64,000 nucleotides of DNA, taken from a virus. Its lineage: Duplodnaviria > Caudoviricetes. The translations under genes and the position numbers were made by a program. The notes below the pieces were generated by a model. It saw nothing but the letters and a program-made list of their open reading frames with translations, was not told the origin of the DNA and ran no database searches. The stretch spans positions 128,001 to 192,000 of IMG/VR virus record IMGVR_UViG_2597490325_000001. The stretch is one strand, 5' to 3'. Below, piece after piece: positions 1 to 7,741 of the stretch (position 1 is its first letter; each line of letters starts with the position of its first letter).

Positions 1-17
1 AATGGAGTAATACTCAT

Positions 18-1202
18 ATGACCGCAACTGCCGTAATTTCTAATGCTTCTTCAAATGCTGTTAAATACCTTGAGCAAGGTCTTCAGAATTTGAAGAATGC
101 GGCGATTGTAGTAAATAAAGATACTACTTTAGAAGCATCTACTAGTGCTTTGGTATCTAAAGTAGCTGAGTATGATCAAAACAATGCGATTACTATTTCT
201 CGTATTCTGAGCTATAGCTCTACTTTCAACGAAATGATTCGTACTCAACTAAGTAATATGGATGTAGCTAACCGTTACAATCAGATTACTTCTCTGTTTG
301 ATAGTATCCGTGAAGATACTAAAAAACAAGTAGTTTTGGCTGAATCCGGCAAGGTATCCATCTTTGATAAACTCGGTTTATGGTTTGGTGATTTCCGCCG
401 TGGCTCAGTAGCGAAACGTTTCGGCAATATTAAGCGTATTTATTCCGATGTTTCTTCAGCTCTCAAAGATCAACTTGACCGTGAGCAAGTAATCCTGGAT
501 AGCTATCAATCTTTCCGTCTTTCAATGAAAGAAGCCGAATTAGCGGCATATGAGATCTTTCAAACAATCAGCGCTAAGCGTGAAGAAGCTAAACAACTGA
601 TGGACACTGCAGATAATGCAGTAAATGCATCAACTGATGATGGTGCTGAAAAAGCATCATTGGTATTAGCCCGTGATAAAGCAGTCATGGATTACAAAAA
701 GCTGGATAAAGACTATCAGATTGCTAAAGATCTGGCAGAAAATCTTAAAGTCGGCTATAATACATCTGAAGTAGTATTTGCCCGTATTGAGCAAGCTTCC
801 GATGTTAAAGAGCGCATCTTCCAGCAATCTGTAATGTTCTTCTCCACCAATGAGACTGTATTTACTGGTCTTACTTCCGCATTTGTAGTATTTAGTGGCC
901 TGAATGAAGGTACAAATACTCTGAATGCTATGAAAGATGGTATGAATAAGGGTCTGGAAGATTTGGCTACTGTCGGTAATACTTCTTTAGAGCGTGGTAT
1001 TCAAGCTGGTTATGGCGCTACTATCGATGCTAAATCAGTTAAAATGCTCCTGGATGCAGTAGTAGATTATCAGGCTAATTCAGTTAAACTGATTAATGAA
1101 GCTCGTAAGTCTGCTACTGAGAATGCTAATGAGATTGAACGCCTTACCAATGAAGGTAAATCCCGTTTCATTGAGCTGTCTAATCAGGTAGCAACTGCTT
1201 AA
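18..1202 (+). CDS. Coiled-coil protein resembling TelA/toxic-anion-resistance-like bacterial 'cell surface protein' family
   Basis: 394 aa, all-helical pattern, GGAG RBS at 4-7, strongly biased codons; segments FNEMIRTQL, FDSIRED, DQLDREQVIL recalled from bacterial proteins encoded upstream of DUF6384 genes. Confidence 0.55.
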   Translation: MTATAVISNASSNAVKYLEQGLQNLKNAAIVVNKDTTLEASTSALVSKVAEYDQNNAITISRILSYSSTFNEMIRTQLSNMDVANRYNQITSLFDSIREDTKKQVVLAESGKVSIFDKLGLWFGDFRRGSVAKRFGNIKRIYSDVSSALKDQLDREQVILDSYQSFRLSMKEAELAAYEIFQTISAKREEAKQLMDTADNAVNASTDDGAEKASLVLARDKAVMDYKKLDKDYQIAKDLAENLKVGYNTSEVVFARIEQASDVKERIFQQSVMFFSTNETVFTGLTSAFVVFSGLNEGTNTLNAMKDGMNKGLEDLATVGNTSLERGIQAGYGATIDAKSVKMLLDAVVDYQANSVKLINEARKSATENANEIERLTNEGKSRFIELSNQVATA

Positions 1203-1207
1203 GACTG

Positions 1208-1237
1208 TAAAGGGGATGAAGTATCCCCTTTATTTTT
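1208..1237 (+). terminator. Intrinsic terminator-like hairpin
   Basis: TAAAGGGGAT-gaagt-ATCCCCTTTA followed by T5. Confidence 0.75.
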
Positions 1238-1260
1238 AATACTAATAATGGAGAAAAAGA

Positions 1261-2583
1261 ATGTCTAATCAGGCAGTCTTAGATGTAATCAATAAAATTG
1301 ATGCAGAAAGAAGTAAATACAAACCAACTATGGAAGAATTTCTGATTTCTTCTCAAAAGAATCAGGAAATCCGTACTCAGGTTATGAAATACTTCTCTCA
1401 AAACGGAATTGAGATTACTGATAAAGCGGTTGATAATGCGGTTAATGAATATCTATTTAAACGCTTCGACTATAAGGAAAGTAAAGTAGTTGGACTTCAG
1501 GACTTCATTAGTAAGTTCCTATTCTTCATGCTTGCGGCTAAAGAAAAACAGCGTCAGATCATCATTACTTTGTCAGCTATCATGATTGCAATTGTAATTG
1601 CTATTACTGGCAGTGTAATGATAAGTAATCATAAAGCTAAGCAAAACGAGGAAGCTTATGCTTTGATTCAATCTGACTCAGTCAATTTTGTAAAACGCAT
1701 TAAAGATATGCGTGTATACACTAATGGGTTATTCATCACACTTGCCGATAAGCTTGATGAGTTAGATCATCGAGTTAAGTCAGTAAATGAACTTACTAAA
1801 CCTGAAATTAAAGATAGTAAAGATTTCTATACCGCCAATTACCAACCTCTTAACGAGAAGATTTCTCATGTTGAACAAACTGTAGAAAGCTTTAAACGCT
1901 ATGGTACAGTAATTAATGGTAGCGATTATAAGAAGCTTCAAGATAATCCTACGGTCATTGAAGCTAACGATAAAGCCTTGACTAGTATTCGTACATTTGC
2001 ATCTGATGCAAATTCTCAAGTAACTAATCTTGCAAAAGTTATTGACCGAGTATTAGTTTCTTATCAACTGGTAGCTCAGTTTGATTCAATTAAAGCACGT
2101 TATTCAGTTATGTTGAATGATCCTGCTGCAAAAGAATTCACTGAATCATCTTTGGCAACGATTAAGACTTATGCTGAAGCTGGTGATAAATCCAGTATGC
2201 AGAGTGCAGTAGATAGGCTTAACAGCTATTACACTTTATTCAAATCTCCTGCTAAAATGGAAATCTATGTAGGTAACGATAACAAATCAGGTGTAGAACG
2301 TACATTTGATAGCAGTGGTAGTAAAAAATGGTATCTGATAGTTCAGGTTAAAGGTTATGATAACCACGTCATGAGCTATCCAGTCCTTGATCAAGAATCT
2401 GGTAAAGTAGTAAATGCTAAGATTTTTGGCATTGAAGTACCAAGAGCCGTTTATCAGAAAGTTGGTTCTGAGAAGAAATCAACTGGTATGATCAAACAAC
2501 GTATCGTAGCTACTAAAGATGCAAATACCATGCAGTTCAATAATAAAATTTCTGCAAACGACGGCTTTATTACTAATTGGTAA
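1261..2583 (+). CDS. Single-pass membrane protein, DUF6384-like
   Basis: 440 aa; TM helix IIITLSAIMIAIVIAITGSVMI; coiled coil; C-terminal GVER...WYLIVQV...DQESG...FGIEVP...VY..V..EK..G pattern. Confidence 0.6.
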   Translation: MSNQAVLDVINKIDAERSKYKPTMEEFLISSQKNQEIRTQVMKYFSQNGIEITDKAVDNAVNEYLFKRFDYKESKVVGLQDFISKFLFFMLAAKEKQRQIIITLSAIMIAIVIAITGSVMISNHKAKQNEEAYALIQSDSVNFVKRIKDMRVYTNGLFITLADKLDELDHRVKSVNELTKPEIKDSKDFYTANYQPLNEKISHVEQTVESFKRYGTVINGSDYKKLQDNPTVIEANDKALTSIRTFASDANSQVTNLAKVIDRVLVSYQLVAQFDSIKARYSVMLNDPAAKEFTESSLATIKTYAEAGDKSSMQSAVDRLNSYYTLFKSPAKMEIYVGNDNKSGVERTFDSSGSKKWYLIVQVKGYDNHVMSYPVLDQESGKVVNAKIFGIEVPRAVYQKVGSEKKSTGMIKQRIVATKDANTMQFNNKISANDGFITNW

Positions 2584-2586
2584 GGA

Positions 2587-3849
2587 ATGAAAATAATGAG
2601 AATTCGTAACGACCGTGAAGCTCGTAATTATCTTAAGGGCTTGATTGATCAAACAGAAGCACTGATCAGAGAGAACCATGATGCATATCGGAAATTAGAA
2701 CAAAAAAAGACGAATATTAATGGTGAAATATCATCAGAAATTCGTAAAGTTGTTTCTGATTTTTTCAATAAAGGTGTTACACATTCGTCTCAGAGTGTAA
2801 TGACTATTCTTAATCGCCATAAAACACATGCTGAACTGATTAAATCTGATGCGGATAAAGCTTCTTTATCTTTAGCAACAACAAAAGCTCAACGTGAGGA
2901 AACTGCCGTTAAGCTTATTAATGAAAAACAGCGTGTAGCCAATGAAATCAGTTGTGATGATAAAATTGCTAAATTAGCTATCAGCATCCAAACTGTTAGT
3001 ACACTTAACAAAGAAATTGATCGCCGTATTTATATCTATGATAAAAATACTATCTTCAATACCCTTTCCAGATATCATAAAATGGGATATCATGATGTAG
3101 ATAAATATCCTATCATTGGTCGCTGTTTTGGTTTATTGAGTAAATGGTTCCATTTTGACGAGAACTTCTCTACTTATAAAACCATTTCAGAAATTAATGA
3201 TCAGGTAGATAGTACTGAAGCTTCTCTGGCTAAAGATATTGAAAGACGTACAAGATCTTTTGAAACTAATAGTGAAATTGATAACTTAACTTTTACTATT
3301 AGTGAACTGGATTCAAAAATCGACTCACTACGTTCTACTGCAAGTCGGTCTTACAATCCAGAGAGTGAAGCTTATAAAGAACTGTATGATGTATTTATGA
3401 GTCGTGCTGGTTGCTTTATTTCCAATTCTCTAAAAGATTTACTTTACAAGTATAACGAAGTAAGAAAAGAACTGGAAGTACTTTCTAGTGAAGCTTCCAA
3501 AATCCGTCAGCGTCATGAATCAGTACAGAAGACATATCGTACTGTAAATGGTCGCAGCAATAGCTATAATCGGGTAGTGGAAGTAAATGACATTAGTAAT
3601 ACTGTCATTACTTTAGCTTTACTTGATTCTTTGAGTAATTCTATCAATAGTATGAGCAGCTATTCTAATAGCGCTTACCGTGCAGCGGAAGAGGCTGCTG
3701 CTGAAGAAGCTCGTCGTAGTTCATATAGTTCTTCAAGCAGTTCTTCAAGTAGCTGGAGTTCTTCTTCCTCTTCATCATCTTCAAGTAGTTTTTCTTCATC
3801 TGATAGTTTTGGTGGTGGAGGTGGATTCTCATCTTCAGATAGCTTCTAA
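2587..3849 (+). CDS. Coiled-coil protein with Ser-rich / GGGGGF C-terminal tail
   Basis: 420 aa; 3 nt after the previous stop; ends SSSSDSFGGGGGFSSSDSF. Confidence 0.7.
   Translation: MKIMRIRNDREARNYLKGLIDQTEALIRENHDAYRKLEQKKTNINGEISSEIRKVVSDFFNKGVTHSSQSVMTILNRHKTHAELIKSDADKASLSLATTKAQREETAVKLINEKQRVANEISCDDKIAKLAISIQTVSTLNKEIDRRIYIYDKNTIFNTLSRYHKMGYHDVDKYPIIGRCFGLLSKWFHFDENFSTYKTISEINDQVDSTEASLAKDIERRTRSFETNSEIDNLTFTISELDSKIDSLRSTASRSYNPESEAYKELYDVFMSRAGCFISNSLKDLLYKYNEVRKELEVLSSEASKIRQRHESVQKTYRTVNGRSNSYNRVVEVNDISNTVITLALLDSLSNSINSMSSYSNSAYRAAEEAAAEEARRSSYSSSSSSSSSWSSSSSSSSSSSFSSSDSFGGGGGFSSSDSF
3715..3846 (+). repeat. Low-complexity poly-Ser coding tract
   Basis: Mixed TCT/TCA/AGT/AGC codons, so a protein-level rather than DNA-level repeat. 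Confidence 0.8.
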
Positions 3850-3857
3850 ATAAATTT

Positions 3858-3885
3858 CCCCTATCCTTCTTTTGAGGGATAGGGG
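3858..3885 (+). terminator. Hairpin of the CCC-W-ATATCC family
   Basis: CCCCTATCCTTC-tttt-GAGGGATAGGGG. Confidence 0.75.
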
Positions 3886-3911
3886 TTATTAACTTTTTAT
3901 AGGAAATTAAA

Positions 3912-4889
3912 ATGTTAGTATTTCGTAATAATTATGATAAAGAAGCAAATGAATTTCTTTTTAGGTCATCAGATAAATTCCTTAAAGAGTTAGGTATTAT
4001 TAATATTTCTAAAATTAATAGAGATTTAGATTGCTTAGTAGCGTTTAAGTTATTTTTTAATACTCCTACGCTAGCTAATATGTCATCTGTATTTACTACA
4101 GCTATCAATTTCTCTTATTTTACTAAATACTCTAAAAAATTTGCTTCGACTTACAATGTTGATAATAATTATCTTATTCGTTTTATACTTAAAAAATTTT
4201 TCTCAATAATTTTATTTTGTGAACTTCCAAATTACTCCAGATTACATAAAAGGTTATCCGGCAATAAAGAAAAAAGTTTGCGAGATCAATTCGATACAAC
4301 TTATGCTAATAGGTTAAGAAATACTTTAGAATGTAGCACATTCATTTATACCTTTTTTGAAGATGAATTTAAATTTGTTTTCAAAGAAGAAGAAGTACAA
4401 GTTATTGCCGCTAAGATGAATGAGTTAGAAAAGGTATTTTCCATCTTAAATGCCAATACTGCCAAAATTTATCAAAGTATTAAAAGTAAGAGTAAAGGTA
4501 TTCGTACTTTTAAAAATACAGGTTTAAATTTTCCGTTTGATAGATATACATTTTCAAGGAAAATAAAGAAACCTTATAAAGTTAAAGATACAGATTTAGT
4601 AAAAAATCCTGTATTGTGTAATTATAGCTATGATCCAGGAAGATCAATAACTGTATCTGTGGGGATAAGTGAAACTTTAATAGGGTTTGGTAATAAGCTC
4701 CATTATCAACCTGAAAAGATGGTAGAAGAGACTGGTGAATTGAATAAGTATATTTTCAATCAACAATTACCTGATGGAAATATGCAAGGTCGATATAATC
4801 TTTTTAAAGATGAAGATATCTTAGATATTCTGACTTATACTGCTACAAGGAAAGATAAAGTAAGAGTATTTATCTCTAAGTCTTATTAA
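3912..4889 (+). CDS. Hypothetical protein
   Basis: 325 aa ORF, AGGA RBS, no recognisable motif. Confidence 0.7.
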   Translation: MLVFRNNYDKEANEFLFRSSDKFLKELGIINISKINRDLDCLVAFKLFFNTPTLANMSSVFTTAINFSYFTKYSKKFASTYNVDNNYLIRFILKKFFSIILFCELPNYSRLHKRLSGNKEKSLRDQFDTTYANRLRNTLECSTFIYTFFEDEFKFVFKEEEVQVIAAKMNELEKVFSILNANTAKIYQSIKSKSKGIRTFKNTGLNFPFDRYTFSRKIKKPYKVKDTDLVKNPVLCNYSYDPGRSITVSVGISETLIGFGNKLHYQPEKMVEETGELNKYIFNQQLPDGNMQGRYNLFKDEDILDILTYTATRKDKVRVFISKSY

Positions 4890-4903
4890 TACCATTTTGA
4901 TGA

Positions 4904-4919
4904 ATATATAATTAAAATG
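4904..4919 (+). promoter_or_regulatory. Early-type phage promoter ATATATWAT-N5-TG
   Basis: ATATATAAT-TAAAA-TG; the motif recurs 10 times in or at the edge of intergenic DNA, oriented with the downstream gene. Confidence 0.75.
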
Positions 4920-4993
4920 ATCTTTCATAGGGAGTTTAAAAACTCCCTATAGTTTAACAATTTTTTGTAACTAATAAACAAAGGGCACTGATA

Positions 4994-6544
4994 ATGATTG
5001 GCAAGCTCCAACGTCAGTTTATAGCGGCATTCCAAGAAGATAATCCGGAGAAATTTAATGAAGATCTGATCTTTATGCGTAATAAAGAATCAAAAGAACT
5101 TCATCACTATTTCTACGATGTCTTCAATTCCCTTAAGTTAAAAGGTATTACTTTCCTAAGTTCTGAGACTATTACAGACGAGACTGAATTCCATAAGTAT
5201 ATTCCTAAAAAGAGTATCCCAATTGAGAATAGTCGTCTTGAACTAGTAAGAGCTAAGTTTCGTTTAGAAGCGGATGGAGAGTCTAAAGAGATTGTAGTAC
5301 AAATCTTTTTCCCTAAGCTTATTGATAACTATTTCTATGAGATTAAAGGTTCTCGTTATCTTGCGGTATATCAAGTAACAGATAGAAACTTCTATACTTC
5401 TTCTGATGCATCCGTATATCTTAAATCTCTTTTAATGCCATTAGGTTTATATCTTAATAGCAAAGGTAATGCACCTATTGAGATTGTAGATGAAAATGAA
5501 GAAATTGTAACTCTTCCAAACAAAGAGTTTGTACTTGATTTCTTTAAATTAAAGAAAAAATCTACACATAAAAATGCTTTCTATTATTATTTCATCAAGT
5601 ATGAAGGTGTACAGAATGCGATTGATGTAATCTTTGGTAATACAGATGATCATAAATTTGTATTTATTACTGAAGAAAGAGAGAACTATGAAGGTTATTG
5701 CCGGATAGAAATTCGAAAAGATCTCTATATCTATTGCTGGAATAATTTCACAAATACCTATAAACATTTGGTAAGTACTTTATATCATGCATTAAAAGGT
5801 ATTCGTAAATCTTCTGTCATTGATTCTGTTGATTATTGGAAACGTAAGATTCTAAATAATGCTACGGCTAAGCTTGAAAAAGCTGATCGCACAATGATTA
5901 GTCTTGAACGTATCTTAGACAATCGTACTAAAAAGAATCTATCCAGAGAAATCGTTAACCCTGAATTACGTGAAGATTCATATGGTGTAGTTCGTTGGAT
6001 GATGTATAATTTTGACAATAGTGATCGTCCCGATTTTCCAGATGCGTCATTAGTCAATATTGATCCAGTAAATATCTATAATCGCCGTATTCGTTTGACA
6101 GAATATATGATTTATCCTTTGCTGACAAAGCTTAGCGACTCATCATATCGTATTCTAAATAGCCGTAATATCAATATTAAACGATTAGAGAATGTATTCA
6201 GTACTATTGGCCCGAATTACATTCTGAAGTTCCTTAGTGGTAATGAATTACTTCGTTACTATAATGCTACTAGTTCTTTAGATCTTTTCAGTACTCTTAA
6301 ATGGTCTGCCCGTGGTAATCAGGGGTTAGGTAAATCTTCTAGTACTGTAGCAACTAAGTTCCGTGGCCTACATCCAAGTTATCTTGGCGTAGTTTCACTT
6401 AATGCTGCATCTGCAAGTGATCCTGGATTAACGGGTACTTTCTGTCCATTGTCGAATAATTTCGGCGATATGGAATTTGTAGATCATTCTAATGAAATTC
6501 ATTATATTAATGATGTTTTAGATATCTACACTGAAGAAGACTAG
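4994..6544 (+). CDS. rpoB: Multisubunit RNA polymerase beta subunit, N-terminal half (probably non-virion RNAP)
   Basis: FYEIKGSRYLAVYQ near the N-terminus and RGLHPSYLGVVSLNAASASDPGLTGTFCP (rpoB R.vHpS.yG...tpeg.n.GL region); early promoter upstream. Confidence 0.85.
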   Translation: MIGKLQRQFIAAFQEDNPEKFNEDLIFMRNKESKELHHYFYDVFNSLKLKGITFLSSETITDETEFHKYIPKKSIPIENSRLELVRAKFRLEADGESKEIVVQIFFPKLIDNYFYEIKGSRYLAVYQVTDRNFYTSSDASVYLKSLLMPLGLYLNSKGNAPIEIVDENEEIVTLPNKEFVLDFFKLKKKSTHKNAFYYYFIKYEGVQNAIDVIFGNTDDHKFVFITEERENYEGYCRIEIRKDLYIYCWNNFTNTYKHLVSTLYHALKGIRKSSVIDSVDYWKRKILNNATAKLEKADRTMISLERILDNRTKKNLSREIVNPELREDSYGVVRWMMYNFDNSDRPDFPDASLVNIDPVNIYNRRIRLTEYMIYPLLTKLSDSSYRILNSRNINIKRLENVFSTIGPNYILKFLSGNELLRYYNATSSLDLFSTLKWSARGNQGLGKSSSTVATKFRGLHPSYLGVVSLNAASASDPGLTGTFCPLSNNFGDMEFVDHSNEIHYINDVLDIYTEED

Positions 6545-6551
6545 TAATTTT

Positions 6552-6592
6552 GACACAATACCTTGAACGGGTATTGTGTCTATTTATTTTTT
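6552..6592 (+). terminator. Intrinsic terminator
   Basis: GACACAATACC-ttgaacg-GGTATTGTGTC then T-rich tract. Confidence 0.75.
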
Positions 6593-6609
6593 ATTGAGGA
6601 AGTAATCTC

Positions 6610-7653
6610 ATGAATGAGAATGCATTATTTATTTGTAATCTTGAAAAAATTAAATATACTGTATTAAGAGAAAATGTTTTAAACAATGCTCCGTTTGATA
6701 ATAAACGTATTAATCTCTATATTGATACAGATTATATTTTTAAAGCATTTAGAACCGAATACACTAAAGAAGCTACTAAGAAATTATCTTCTAAAGGTCA
6801 AATTAATGCTTTAATGGTAGAATTTATTAATTTTGTCTCCCACTACAAACATTTTTTGACAGATTTTTTTGAAGCTGAAGTTCGCACTTTTATTCTTCAT
6901 GGATATCATTCAGAGACTATTGGGTTCTATGACAAAGGTGAAGACTTTGATGAAGAAGATTTAGCATTCTTTGATAAAGTAATTGAAAGAATGAAAAAAC
7001 TTACTTCTTTTACTAGCGATGTATTCGTAGTAGAAAGTAAAGCTATCCCTAAATTCGCTATACCTTATTTATTTAGTAAAGAGCCTAATGTAAAAGGTAG
7101 AAGTGCTCCATTTAGAGCTAAGAAACCAATTAATCTGTTCATTACAAAGAATCCTAAGTTCTTGCAATATTCATTTTTAATGGATAATTTTTATTTACTT
7201 GATAAAAGTTTATATAATTCTCTTCATAGTATGCAACCATTGCATAAAAAGCTTAAATCTGTTACCAGTGTGGATCGTTACTATCTGGTTCCGTATTTAA
7301 CTATTTGCGGATTTGATAGACATGAAGGTTTAAGAAAAATTACCAATGCTAAGTTCTTTAGACCTAGTGATCTACAAAACTTCTTTACTTATGAAAATAG
7401 TAGCAATACTATGCATATTATAGATTTTGCAGAAAAAGAAATCTTCAAAGATAGTTTATCTCATGATGAAAAAATGTTGATATCTGACAGGGTTCAAATG
7501 GTAGATATCCCGCATTTAATTCGTTCTGCAAAAGAAAGCGATAAGTTAGAAGTGATTAACTCATTAAGTGGTCATATTGAAGACTCAGATGCTATCCATC
7601 GTCTGAATTCAGATAATTTCCGTAACTCTCTCAATATTGATTATCTCCTATAA
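6610..7653 (+). CDS. Hypothetical protein, possibly divergent PIN/5'-nuclease fold
   Basis: 347 aa; INLYIDTD N-terminal strand-Asp motif; other catalytic acidic residues not obvious. Confidence 0.4.
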   Translation: MNENALFICNLEKIKYTVLRENVLNNAPFDNKRINLYIDTDYIFKAFRTEYTKEATKKLSSKGQINALMVEFINFVSHYKHFLTDFFEAEVRTFILHGYHSETIGFYDKGEDFDEEDLAFFDKVIERMKKLTSFTSDVFVVESKAIPKFAIPYLFSKEPNVKGRSAPFRAKKPINLFITKNPKFLQYSFLMDNFYLLDKSLYNSLHSMQPLHKKLKSVTSVDRYYLVPYLTICGFDRHEGLRKITNAKFFRPSDLQNFFTYENSSNTMHIIDFAEKEIFKDSLSHDEKMLISDRVQMVDIPHLIRSAKESDKLEVINSLSGHIEDSDAIHRLNSDNFRNSLNIDYLL

Positions 7654-7664
7654 CACGATATTAG
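7652..7664 (+). promoter_or_regulatory. Late-type promoter AACA-N6-TAG
   Basis: AACA-CGATAT-TAG upstream of a structural gene. Confidence 0.75.
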
Positions 7665-7741
7665 TATGAATATAATTTCCTTAACGGCTTATACGGTCGT
7701 TAAGGATTATATTCTTTTTTTTTTGTTAATGGGTTATTAAA

